Source: Klebsormidium nitens (lineage: Eukaryota; Plantae; Klebsormidiophyceae). From it: DNA of 64,000 bases. The stretch lies in contig DF236968.1 in assembly GCA_000708835.1 (NCBI GenBank), positions 310,001 to 374,000 of the forward strand, in the 5' to 3' direction. Numbering within the stretch: position 1 is the first letter of the stretch; each line of letters opens with the position of its first letter. Made by a program: the position numbers and the translations under genes. Shown here one piece after another: positions 34,301-46,348 of the stretch. Below the pieces are notes generated by a model. The model saw nothing but the letters and a program-made list of their open reading frames with translations. It had not been told where the DNA came from and did no database searches.

Positions 34301-34762
34301 TGTTTTACTAAGAGATGTTTTGCGCTTAGAAGCATCTTATTCATGGTTGTCCTGATTCCTTATTCGAGTATGCAGTTCGACTCATCAATCAAGACCGTGA
34401 CCCCGTCTTGATGACAGGATAGATCCTTTGTATTCGTTTCACGAAGGGGGAGCAAGCCCCAAGGCTCATTCGGAACGTTCTTCTGATGGTCCACTTCTCT
34501 ACCCCCGGCGATGAGCTGCCAAACATTGCTTTCTTGGCAGAGTTTTCGATTTTCAAATGTCACTGCTTCCATTTTCTTGCCTGTCAGATCTTAGGACATT
34601 CGATCTCTGAAGCTTTAATCTTCCGTTGAACAGGAGTTCCGGGGACTGTGGGTCTACTTCGTGGGCCCAGCCGCTGGTGCGGTGTCCGCTATCTTTGTCT
34701 ACAAGTTCGTGCACGGGCCAACGCAAGAAGTGGCACGAGGAGCGCACGGATGCTGTGAATGA
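31376..34762 (+). CDS. NIP: Nodulin 26-like intrinsic protein (NIP aquaporin/metalloid channel), NPA/NPA, ar/R filter F-A-A-R
   Basis: Exons 31376-31586, 32132-32313 ([13 protein letters not shown]), 32949-33167 (ATDTRA), 33815-33913 ([17 protein letters not shown]), 34634-34762 (LWVYFVGP...*). All phases are consistent. Confidence 0.96.
32405..32478 (+). repeat. Intronic degenerate copy of the 3' part of NIP exon 2
   Basis: GGGCCACAGTTCAAGTGTCCACTTTGACCCCGCAGTCACGGTGGCGTTTGCGTGCGGGCGGCACTT versus exon GGGCCACATTTCGGGCGCCCACTTCAACCCCGCAGTCACGCTGGCGTTCGCGTGCGGGCGGCACTT (~32236-32300). Confidence 0.88.
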
Positions 34763-35883
34763 AGGCTCTCGCTTCAGCCTATAACCAATCTCCATCTTCC
34801 TCAGCGAGGCAGTTCACATATTGTCAGAGATTTGAGATCCGCATCTTGTGGGTTTTTCTTTGGAGGAAACAAGACAGGAGGGTCTTTCTGACGCATAGCT
34901 GCGGCTAGGAAAGCAGGGTGAAAGGGCCGCTACAGACGAGCTGATTGAACTGAGCTCTTCAAGCAGAGTCGGCGTGCCAACGATGCTGTGGGCAGATTGC
35001 ACTTTCAGTCGAAATGACTGAGAGCTTCCTGCCCTGAGTCAAAGGACAAAGTCCAAGATATCAAAGCGGAACGCGGCAAGGTTCCTCTTTGATATGCACT
35101 TTCTGTACCATATTTAGGGACGGTGTTGATTATCTTGGTGCCCAATTGCATGGTCCCACCGGACATCTTGCTTACCTGTTGCATCCGATCAAATTATGCA
35201 ACGTGTGATGTATTGTAAATACGATTTCAGTGCATGCATCTTAATTTGAACATACCCGGAATTCACACCGAATTTCGGTGACCGTGTGCATGTAGGGTCC
35301 TGGAGCTTGAACCCATTAGTATATAAGGCATTCAGATTGTGCCAGATACATGCGCGATGCAATAATCAAACAACAGTTCCATGCTACTAACATCCGACGC
35401 ATTGGATCGTCATGCACATGAAGAGCCTGGGGTTATATTACCTCCGATCCTAAAATGCGTTTGCAACCTGCAAGCTGGCCCGCCCCATCATTGCATGTTA
35501 CGTCCGGGCCGTCCCATGCACATGTTAGCCTCGGGTCACTTTGAAGCCTCGATTGGATCATTCGCGCAGCAACGAGCGGATTGAGGACTCAGGAGGGTGT
35601 GAGATTGGAGGAGGAAAGGCGACGCCAAGTGATTGCGGCTTGTGCCAGCGAACATGGCCAATCCAGAGCGCGAGCTTGACTTGCGATGTGCACAGTGATC
35701 GAGTCCGCAAAAGAAATGCGTCACACTTTCAAAGCTGCCGAGGTTGCTGTCGCGAAGTTTTGGAAGGACTCAACTTGGCATGTCAGCAAAGAATCGAATA
35801 CGATATGATCACCGGATGATACTCCACCTTCGAAAGCAGCAACGCGCATATTCGATTGGATTTGATAACATGTCTTCCAAGAA

Positions 35884-37880
35884 TCAGCTGCCGGGGCGCA
35901 GCGGTAACTCTTCGTTTTCCAAAAGCCGAAGCTGTGTTACCTTCGAGTTCGCATAACTCAGGTAAGAGTTCCAAACAAGCCCCACGATGTTTGAATATAA
36001 CACGCGCTCGGTCGGGGGCACCATGGTAAAGTTGAACATGTTGGCAACCGGCCAGAACACACACCTGCACAGGTCGGAAAACGGAAAGCGTAAGCTGCAG
36101 GCGACAGACACAAACATGAAGATGGATCCAAGACCAGACTATTGCAAACTGGCGGAAGCAGGGGAGCGATCGATTTGGGGGGCTAAAGAAGCTGTCGTCA
36201 CCGTAGTTGGGTTGCTTCTGCTTTGAACGCAAAACCACCCGCATCTCTCAGCCGTCATGATGCAATACGATTGTCGAAGCAACAGCCGCTTTCAAGCTCA
36301 GGGAGTGTTCCGTCAGCAAATCAGCATGAGAAGAAGGAGATTACAAGCCCTGTCAGCGGCAGACTTTCTAGTAGATGGATCGAAAGCAGATTCGGGCCAA
36401 TATCTGCCACAGAAAGCACACTCGAATAGGCCCAAGTCCACAACAAGTCCGGAGTCAGTCCTAAATCTGTTACCGAAGGACTTGAGACGATAAGAGCCTC
36501 GGCTCACCCGCTGGTGTATGTTGGCAGAAACCCCTGCTCCAGCTTCACCTTGCACTCCTGCCACGTCTTACCCTCCAACTTCCCCATGTAAGTAAAGAAA
36601 GCACCGAGATACACTGGAAAGACGACCGCCTGTCATGCAACGAGAGAGCTTAACTCAGTCACGGATGAAAGAGCATCAAACAGGCGTACTTGCCTAGAAT
36701 AGAGGAGACACTCGAGCCAATGAAGGACAGTGAAAAGGTCCTCCTTTGTAAAAACGTCAAGAGCCTTCGAGTTGATTGGTTGAACGTTCCAGTACTTGAG
36801 CGAGCACCTTGCTTCTCAACCTCGAACAAGCCTTGCTTGACCATCATCGGAAGATTAAATGATGACTAAGACTGGACTAATACTGCGGTTACTGAAGAAA
36901 GGACGTCTCTCGATTGACACTGGTCATTAAGTGGTGGCTTGATAAAGTTTGGTGCGACGCTGAGTAGCATGAAGGTTACACTTCTTTGGAAGGCTTTTAC
37001 AGACCTCCCAGACCTCCCAGACCGTGTCCCCCCTCTTTGCCTTTGTCTGCCCCTAAAGTATGTCGCTTTTATGTCCTTGGTGATGAGATTGCATTCAGAT
37101 CCACATCATGAGGTCTGTCACTGAGGGGGCTTGCAATTGTGTCCATTTCAAGAAGACCAAGATGACAGGAATGACATCAACGGTGGCAGCCAACCAAGCA
37201 GCGAGTGGTACACTGAGGGGAAATGCAAAAGATTGCCCCATGACTGCCCAAACAGTGGCAGCGGCTTCAACAAACAAACACCGTATTTCTAAATTGGAAA
37301 GGAGCCCCTAAGCAGGCTGATCGCACCCCTGAACCAATTCGCAATCGTCAAAGATGCCCTTGCACAGATCGGCAAGAAACGTGAATGGCCGAAGGCAGCT
37401 GTTCACCTGGCCCAGTGCCGTCTTGGCGACTGCAATTTGCAACGACTTGGACGGTCCGAAGGTGGCATCAAGCCACCTGAAACCATGAAGAAAGTAAGGG
37501 CCATGTAATGTCAGGCCAACGAAAGCAAACCGCAGCGTGCGCTGGAAGTCAAGATCCTGTACAAAGGAAAGCCACAGCTGCTCCACTGAATTGCTGTTTG
37601 GTTGAGGATCTGTGTCTGTCTGCGCCTGTAAGTGGTCTCTTGAGAATCCTGATCCTCTCCTTAGCTCAGAATCTGAAGATGGAGGAGAACTGCTTGCTTC
37701 CGTGGTCAGAACTTTTGGTTTTTGAGAAGTCTTCTGCATGGTTTGGCAGATGACGTCCCCAACGCCCATGATAACTCCGGAAGTAGCGCCCGCCCGCAGC
37801 TCCGGCCGACGGGCCAGACTACGGAGGCTGCCTATGAGGCGCTGGAGCGGGGCAGCATGGCTCATTGCGGACTCAGACAA
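35884..37880 (-). CDS. Mpv17/PMP22 family membrane protein (SYM1-like)
   Basis: Exons ~37880-37407 (GVIMGVGDVICQ; DFQRTLRFAFVGLTLHGPYFLHGFRWLD; KTALGQ), 36629-36508, 36064-35941 or read-through to 35884 (FWPVANMFNFTMVPPTERVLYSNIVGLVWNSYLS). Phases are consistent. Start and exact 3' end are uncertain. Confidence 0.88.
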
Positions 37881-38049
37881 GCTTCGTGGTATGCGAATCG
37901 AACGCTGTGGTGGTCACTTGCTGCCACGGAATGTCGCATATTAACGCCCCCAAATGTCAATGCCTGTGAGGTGAGAGGGCGGGATTCCGAAAAGCTCAAG
38001 CAGCTGCACCCTATGATAGGGCGGTCACATATGAGTTCTCGGGGAAGTG

Positions 38050-38310
38050 GCGAGTGTTCCCTGAGGGAGCGCATGCTCCCCGAGAATTTGCTTTGGTCAT
38101 ATATTCCCCAGGGACCCGTCGCGCGAAAAGTTAAAATTTCCCGAATTATACGGCGAGGCAGACTCTCCAAGGAGTGACCGCCGACCGTCCCTTAGTATTT
38201 TTACCGGCGTCCCTGAGGGACGTACCGTCCCCCAGAATATCGAGTCGAAATTCTGGGGGACGAAATCATCGGTTTTCGGTCCCTGAGGGACGGTGCACCC
38301 CGAAAATGTT
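38050..38310. repeat. Intergenic structured/foldback sequence
   Basis: Perfect 13-bp inverted repeat CGTCCCCCAGAAT (38226-38238) / ATTCTGGGGGACG (38250-38262), with near-palindromic CCCTGAGGG at 38059, 38211 and 38281. Confidence 0.6.
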
Positions 38311-39486
38311 CATATGTGACTGCCCTATTATGAGAAACATGCACTTGAGTTTTTAGGGTTTGCAAACGCAGTTAGTTTGAGTGGGTTTGGCCAGCCGTAA
38401 GTACTAAGAACAGAGGAAAGCTGGCGTTTCGGCTGCAGTTGGCCCCACAATCTGGGTCTAAACCCTTGAGGCTTGAGAAAAAGAGGAGAGCTTGGCAATC
38501 ATCAGCCGCAATGCAATTTTGTCGTGACCAGTTCCCCTTGAAGTTGCAACTTCAAGCAGCTCTGTATTGTCGAGAAAAGAGATCCGTCTCCTCCTGAGCA
38601 GCAGCAGAGTGAAGAAGTCTTGCGGATTAGGTGCGGATTGATGCGGGGAAGGTCCAGGAAGGGTGCTACCGCCGCCCTGGTTGCTGTTGTCCTTTTAATC
38701 GGACAGGTGAGCTGCATAGGAGTGTTGCGTGGTCAGCTTGGGATTGCCGTCTCATGGCGCATCAACTTGGAACAATGCTAGCGCGCCAATCAGCTTCATG
38801 ATGCCGCCCCATGATTCAGGAAAGGGGCTTTGAATTTCATATTTGATTGATAGTTGTACGACGCTAGCAGCGAACAAGCTGTAGCCAAGCTTCTGCACTC
38901 CGCTTTGGCAATGCTTGCGGTAATGGTCTGTCAGCCACATTCATCGGGTATTTTCTGCACAATCTCTCCAAAAATTGCTCTTTGAAGCCACGCATATGAT
39001 GCTTTCAATGTGTCGGTACTGTCTGTATCTACGAGCTTGGGCCGAGATTGCGGACATGTTGCACCTAACAACTGGACTGGTGATGTTTTTGCAGGTCGAC
39101 TTCTTGCAAACAGCTGAAACTGAGCTGTCATTGAGAGTCTGGTCAAATATAGGCTCGTTGTGGACTTTGAAGCGGCGCCAACAATTGTTCTGAGAAGACC
39201 ATCCGCTTTTTCAATCCGGAGGCGCTAGTTAGCTTTACCAAGGGGTTTTGAAAGCAGAAGGCTTCTTCAATCAGATGTAGTTCGCTGGTCCTGCGCAACG
39301 CCGGAAAACTAAGATAGATTGTTGGAAGTCGGCATCTTGTCGGCAGTGTTCCTTAGTATTGTTCGTTTCTATTCCTAGAAGTGGTACACTAGTGCACCTT
39401 ACCCCTAGTCATTCAGGGTTTTGGGTGGATAAGAACCAAAGCACTCGCCTAGGAAGGACCGCCGGAGCTTGGCTCAAGACGCAGCA

Positions 39487-41202
39487 ATGATTGCTCTCCG
39501 GCAGGCCTCTTCTCGGGGCCTTTTCACACCGCAATTGTGGCGTCCTGCATGGGCGTCAGTGGTGAACCCCGACGCAGCGGCCGCCTTGGTTGCACCTGAC
39601 CCTGCAGCTTCCGAAACCCCCTCACAGTCAACAGAAACCCCGGCCGCTGCGCCTGTCCTCGACTCTCTGCAAAGCAAACCCTCCCGACCACTGCCCTCCC
39701 GACACATGGCCTCCTTCCTTAGCTCGTCCTTCTCAGCCCCCCACCATAGGTCGGTAGCGCACTTCCACTGTACAGCGTACGCTCGAGCAGAGGCCGCCGA
39801 GCAGCGGACGCCGCCGAGCGAACGGGTAGAGCGCATCGCGAACGACATTGTGCAGTTGAACCTTTTAGAGGTGGCGGACCTCTCGGAGCTGCTTCGGGCC
39901 AAGCTAAAGATTACGGAGATGCCGATGGCTGCGGGCATGATGGGGGGCGGAGGGGGTGCAGCGGGGCCCTCGGGGGGCGCCGCCGCGGCGGCACCGGAGG
40001 AAGCAAAGGAGGAGAAGTCGGTGTTTGATGTGAAACTGGAGAAGTTTGACGCGCCGAACAAGATCAAGATTATCAAGGAGGTGGGTGATGGAAGCTTCTC
40101 TTAAAAACCATCAAAATGAGTTTTGGAACTTGCAGTCATGTTGGCTGATTAGCTGGATGCTTCGTCTGTTCGAATTGGTGGGGTAATCTCTGATAGGCAC
40201 AGTCCTGCTTCGGTCTTTGGATTCGGTCTGGGAAGCAGTCAGACTATTGTCGATGTATGGGCAATCGTAATGTTGCAGAATCAACCTTGCCGATTTGGCA
40301 ACAAGTTGAGGTCCCCTGCGCGCAGAATAATGCAATCAAAGACCTGCGCTCAGTGAATCTTCTAGGGCGCTGATTTGAACTTTCTTTTCCAGTTCGCAAG
40401 TCTTCAATTCTCTTAGCGACAGAAATGGTGGCCCCTCTGAGTATCCAGAGTGGACTGCTTGGAGCTTTTTCAAAGGATTGTGCTCATTTCAAAGAGGTGC
40501 CACTTTGTTGCAAGAGCCAGCATATGCGCACAAGTGTCCGTATATACTATTTGTGCGTCCTGATCTTCTAACCCTGCCAATTGCGCATGGGCCCACCCTT
40601 CGTTTCACATCCTGGATCAGAATGGAGCTTTGCGCTGCTTGCACTAAGCTTCAAGCAGCAGGGAAATAGCTGTTGCCTCGGATGCTGGGAAGGGCTTTGT
40701 CCACCACTTTGCCAAGTGCTCTGCTATCCATCTCTTTGGCCGTAACCTCTGAGTTGCTCTCTGTTGCTTGGATCTGACTGGCATGCTCGAAAGCGTAAGC
40801 CCTGTCTCACCATGTAAGACTGTGCTAGCGTTGCCGGCTGCCCTGCAATGAAGGCAGTACTTCATGACCATTTTTCTTGCATCAGTGGCTTCTTCACGTG
40901 CCCAGGCCACATCAGCATGCCACAAAGAGGCCGGAGTTTCAAGAATTGAGCCTTTCCAAGTCGACCAGAATCTGAGCGGGACAGCTATGAGATCGTACGT
41001 TTCTCCCAGCTTTTCCTACTTTGTACCGATTTCTATCCGCATCTTTTGACAGGTACGGGGGATGACGAGCCTGGGGCTCAAGGAAGCGAAGGACCTGGTT
41101 GAGAAGGCGCCGGTCGTTATCAAGGCGGGTGTAAGTAAGGCGGAAGCAGAAGAGATCATCAAGAAGTTGCAAGCAGTTGGGGCCACGTCAAAGATGGAGT
41201 GA
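39487..41202 (+). CDS. rplL: Organellar (probably mitochondrial) ribosomal protein bL12 (L7/L12) with N-terminal targeting peptide
   Basis: Exon 39487-40080 ([16 protein letters not shown]; [24 protein letters not shown]) and exon 41053-41202 ([44 protein letters not shown]). The start codon choice is uncertain. Confidence 0.93.
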
Positions 41203-42361
41203 TAGAGCCGTCAGTCGACCGCTGCCACATCTTAGACGCCCAAATCATCTTCAGTCGTCAGTCAATTTACAAGAGGGGATCCATTGAGCTCCAATTTATA
41301 TCTGCAAGAAGATGCTTGCAAGCCGGAACCAATACCTGGTACATTAAAGCGCTCCTTCTATGCTGCGAGCTTGTCACGGGGCAGGTACGGCACTCAGTTA
41401 TATGATACTTCAAACCAATGCTTTGCGCTGACTTCAAAGGCCGTATTCTTGGGACATGTGCATACAGACATCCATCACACTAATGAGTGCTACGTCGGAG
41501 CTAGCTATGGTTATATGTACTAAACGCGCTCGGACTGAGCTGAGCCTGGGCAGCTCAGGACAATCATCATGGTGTAGAGCTACGGTGGCGGCCGCCCATG
41601 CATGCGTTCGTAGCTGAGACGGACGGCTGAACATTGCTCATGTGACGCGCACATTTTGGCGCGTGTATATATATGAATGCGTATTATTTCTGCAGTCCAT
41701 GGCGCGATCATGCAGTACCGGCCAATCGTTCATGGTTCGATGTGGCCGTCGCCTTGATATAACTGATCGATCTTGGACACATGTCACATATGCAGCTCAG
41801 AATCGAATTTTCAGAGCTGGACATGAAGGCGTCATGGAGGGCCCATGTGAATTGCATGAACTTGGTATCGTGCAATCAAGCACCTTGCACGCAAGCCGCC
41901 ATAGTTCGTTAACTGGGGATACATCATCTTACATGCTTGCAAGCCAAAATTGATATACTCTGCAAGCCCGGCCCAACATGCCACATACGCTTTCCACTTC
42001 TGAACACAACGATGCTAAATCCTAGGAGAGCTCTCGTTTACGTGAATCCAAATGTACACAGCCTCAATCGTCATCGAAAAGACCAACTTGTTCAACGCTT
42101 GATCCGTGCAAGGTGGTGCTAAACTTTCTTTTTTACTCTTTGTACATTTGAGTTCCTTGGAGGTCAAGGGGCAGAGCGCAAGCTATGAACATCTATGTAC
42201 AGATGGAATAGGTCAGAGGCTGTTCGGGGCCATGAGCACTTCCAGCAACTCAATTCTCCACGTTGGCTTCCAGGCATTTGCCATTCTAAAGAAGCACAGC
42301 AGTTTCTCCCTTGACCGAGATACTCGCGTTTCGGGTTTCCATACACAAAGAAAACCCCTCG

Positions 42362-45300
42362 TCAGTACGCAATGTGTTTGCTGAGTCCCTTTCCATCGTG
42401 TTTCAGGCTTTCCGTCAACCAGTATCCGTCTCGCACTCCCCCAAAGCGCTGCACGATCGGATGCAGGGCCAGTCAGATCATCCCGGTAGTTCCCGAATAT
42501 CACATTCAGACACGTTTGAAGCATTCTTTTAGAATTACTTCAGTGTGCCAACCCCATCCGTAGGTCCACAAGGTCCACTTTGGAAGCAAACAATGCGTGT
42601 CGTCCTACGTTCTTATTACCAGTGCTCCGCCTCTCCGTTCCTGACCTTACAAGCCCACGTGCACATGTAGCGCTCACTGGCAAATCGCCCTCAAAAGTAT
42701 CTCGGATGACAATCATCCAAAAACTTACCAGGCCTTTGAATCAAATGCAGGAAGGCATTGGCCACCAGCTGAATGGCGGAAACGAGCTGATACCACATCA
42801 GGACTTCATCGAAACTGTGTCTCTGGATCACGAAGCAAGCGGTCAGATACGTCTTCAACCAGCTCTATCATAAAAACACCACGCTCTCTGGAACAAGAAA
42901 CTACCTACCTGTGAGAGGGTGAACTCGAAGACCTCTTCTTCGCCGGGTCGATGGCCTCGTATCCAAACTCGCTGCTTGAACTCATGCTGCAGATGCGAAG
43001 AAATCATTTCAAAAGATTTCGGGATGCTCTTCGAAGGTCACAGCAATGTCCAGACATGAAGAATTGCATGCCAACCTCCGCAATCAAAGCTTCAGCAACT
43101 GCGAGGTGGGAAACGGATTCGTAAAAGTCGACGAATCAACATGGACGACCCACTCTTATCTGGCTCTTCTTCGGATGACAAGGTTTGTCCGTGTGCTCGC
43201 CAGATTTTGACGGCTTTTGATTACAAAAAGGACTCGGTGGGCGGTGCAGACTCTACAACATGGGATCCCGAAGAATCGACTCAAGGGAGTTATGAGTAGC
43301 GTAACTCCTGAGCATACTTTCCGGGAAGGGGGACTTACTTCGGAGGGGTGGAAGCTGCTCAGGATCTTGGAGTCGGTGTGCCCCAGGAGCACGCGGTAAA
43401 CTCTGTCGTGAAACAGTCGTCGGAATCTTTCGAACTGCAAAACGAGCAGTTATTGATGTGATACCAGCGGCTAAAAGCACCAAGGCGAAGAGTTGTAGAG
43501 AAGACTTGTTTGATGCAACGAAAAGCGAGCGAGTTTGACAACGTCAGCGTAAGCGAGCATGAAGCTTTAATCTAGTAGGGCAAGAGTTGGAAGGGTTGGC
43601 GAGTACAGAATAGACAGAGCGGGCCTAAGTGAACAATCTAGACAAGCCGTTCCATGTACTCGTGCAGGGGGTTACAGCCAGCGCCTGGTGACGGAAGCTG
43701 CTTACCTGACCAAGGTCCTTGACGGTACCAAAATAGGTTGAGAACGTGAATGGATCGAACGCGGCAAACTGCAAAAGACAAAGCGAAAGTAGAAAAACGA
43801 TCGTGAAATGCATTATGATTAGACAAAACGAACAGAGCATTATAGGTTTCACACAAGCGACATTTGAGAAATTTATTTTGGAGATCAAGCCGTAGTAACC
43901 AGACCCTGAGTTGCTTTCCCTGCCTGCAAACCACATGTCCCCCCTATCCAATCATGAAAACAAACTCTTTTGTTGTTGAGGCGAGCAGGTATCGGGGCTC
44001 ATTGACAAGTTGCGTGGTGACTGCCAAGTAACAAACAAGGGTTCACCTGAACCACTGCCAAATGTTCTGAACCTCACACCTGAAGGCCACCCACAGAATC
44101 GAGTCTAAAGATGTTCCATGCATGATGTCCATGTTCTCTCCACTTTCTGTATGAGTATTCTGTCGACAACAATGGAAATAACTGTATTTTTCGTGGTATT
44201 GAAGCGTTATGGTTAGGCAAACAAAATTGTTGAAGTGATGCTCACCCTGTACATGACCTCAATTCCGTGATCTGGATACGGATGGTCGTTGTCCTTGAGC
44301 GCCTCTAGTTGGCGCAAGATTGCTTCTTCCGCTGTCAACTGTACCACCAAACGCCCAACAAAAACGCATCAGCTTGCTGTCGGCGTCTCTCTTTGACTGG
44401 CAAAGCAAGCGAAGCTCTCACTTGTGTCAACCTTCCAAAGTCGAAGTACTCAGGATTGCTGGGGTTAAGTATTGTCTGGAGCCTAGGTGTCATGGAGTAA
44501 TTGATAAAAGCAACGAGGATTCTTGTTGATGACGTTCGCCTAGTGACCGACTTACCTCAAAGGCCGGCCCAAGAGGTCTTTGACTCCGTTCTTTCAACCT
44601 GCAGACGGGGATGTTGCTTAGCAAAGCTTACAAACAACGGCACGCATCCTTTGATTCTAATAGGTGAGCAATACAACATCTACAAAGGAAGGTGTGCGTA
44701 TCAGCAAAAAAGCCTTACATTCCGTTTAAGTGACGGCGCTTTGGTTGTGGAGCGAACAGTCTAGATTAAGTTCTATGGTCAGGTCTGGAAGCTGAATTCA
44801 CCTCGCAAGGACTTGCAAGGACAATGCAGGTTCTCAAAGTTGATTGCATCATTGTTTTGCCCGCCTCCTCAAGAAACAAGCAAGATACTCAGTTCACAAA
44901 GTCTAGGAGCCACGACCCTTGGCTGTCTCAGGAGAGACCGCAGGTGCAAGTGACGCGTCAAGTCTTGGACAAATCACCAACTTGCTCCGAGGAGAAGGCA
45001 AGAAAGGGAAGGATAAACGAGGAAGGAGAAAGAAGGTATGGGGGGATGACTGCAGCGTTCAAGTGCAACTTTTTAGGGCTTACAAGGACGTTGGAAGAAA
45101 GTCAGGGACCTCCATTGCCATCCTCGTAGAGGAGTATGGGCGCCAAACTCGTGCAGGGGCTGATCGGGAGAGCCTTTTTGGCCTCAGAAAGTGTTGGTAC
45201 TCATTCTGAAGGAATGATTTGCACAGATTGCATACCGCCACTGGACCACGCATTCTTCCAGAACTTCTGGAAACCAGCCGAACAGTGTCTGAGCGTTGCT

Positions 45301-45421
45301 TTTGTGGGGGCCAGGGTTGCTTTTGAGCTGGTCTACTAGAGGCACTTGTATGCTTTTGACTTGAAGTGTGGAAGTTTGCTATGCCCGTCAAACCCCTGTT
45401 CGAGACTAGTGACTTTGACAT
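42362..45421 (-). CDS. Conserved green-lineage protein, DUF4864-like, probable plastid transit peptide
   Basis: Phase-consistent exons 45421-45084, 44598-44556, 44338-44246 (AILRQLEALKDNDHPYPDHGIEVMYR), 43768-43706 (FAAFDPF), 43434-43339 (FERFRRLFH..YRVLLGH), 42986-42909 (FKQRVWIRG), 42448-42362 (DGYWLTESL..DG). The family label is from memory of plant homologues, not a search. Confidence 0.83.
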
Positions 45422-45557
45422 ACTTGCCACAGAAACTTCCGGTCTGAAGTTACTCAGTCCTTTGAGACGAACACCGACAAAACACCTTAAGTTCCAGTAC
45501 TCTTCAAACAACAGCCAGCTTATCGGTTGGTGCTTTGGATTTCTTCCGTCAATCGTT

Positions 45558-45722
45558 TCATTCCTTGATTAGTCCCTCAGCCTCCAGCTCAACTGTCCTG
45601 CTCTCATCGTCCTCAACCTTAGACTTGCGCAGAGACTGCACAAATGATTTGAAGGCCAGAAAAGCGGAGGATCCAACCGAAACGGAAAGTAGAGCCACAG
45701 CTAGCGGCAGAAGGAATGTCAT
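45558..45722 (-). CDS. Possible 54-aa single-pass membrane micro-protein / uORF
   Basis: MTFLLPLAVALLSVSVGSSAFLAFKSFVQSLRKSKVEDDESRTVELEAEGLIKE*. The same frame stays open upstream to a CAG acceptor near 45857. Support is compositional only. Confidence 0.3.
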   Translation of the reverse strand: MTFLLPLAVALLSVSVGSSAFLAFKSFVQSLRKSKVEDDESRTVELEAEGLIKE

Positions 45723-46348
45723 GTCGAAGCGCGACTGCAAGAAAACGCCTTCCAGTGCCACATCGCCTCCACAGCTTCCACTGCCAGAACTTCCAGTTCC
45801 TGCTCCAGTTCCAATGTGCCCCTGCTCAACGTATATCCTTCTGCCACATTTCTGTGAATTTCAGATTCTGCTCTGCTCAACATGAATTCAAACTTGACAC
45901 CAACCATTGGGTTTTGACCGGCGGTCACGTACCGAGCGCTAGCAGGGAGACGGAACTGCATGTTCGGTCACCGGCCAGTCCAGAAGATTATAGGAGGAGG
46001 TAGCCTCCGGAGGAAAGCCCCGGGTACTCGGCTGTACTGCCACTGGGCTGACGTGTGGGTCATGCGGAAACAAATTTTCAGAAAATACATTGCTGGACTC
46101 TGCCTGAGCTGAGGTGGAGCCAGGTGGAGCATGCACATTCTGCACATTGCAGCTAGGGCAGCTGGCAAGTTGCATCATGGTGCAGGGAAAGTCTGCCAGC
46201 TAGAGCAATCCGTCTGGTGGTGGTGGGAGATGGTGGTGCTGTGCTGAACAACAAGAATGCGGTGAAAACCCATGAAGAAATGATTTGAGGCTGGGGAATC
46301 ACTTGGTTGCTGAGCACCTTTGATGTAATTGGGGCAGAGAGGTTCAGG

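Noticed and set aside
39474-40076. 200-aa minus-strand ORF
   Set aside because: It is antisense to bL12 exon 1.
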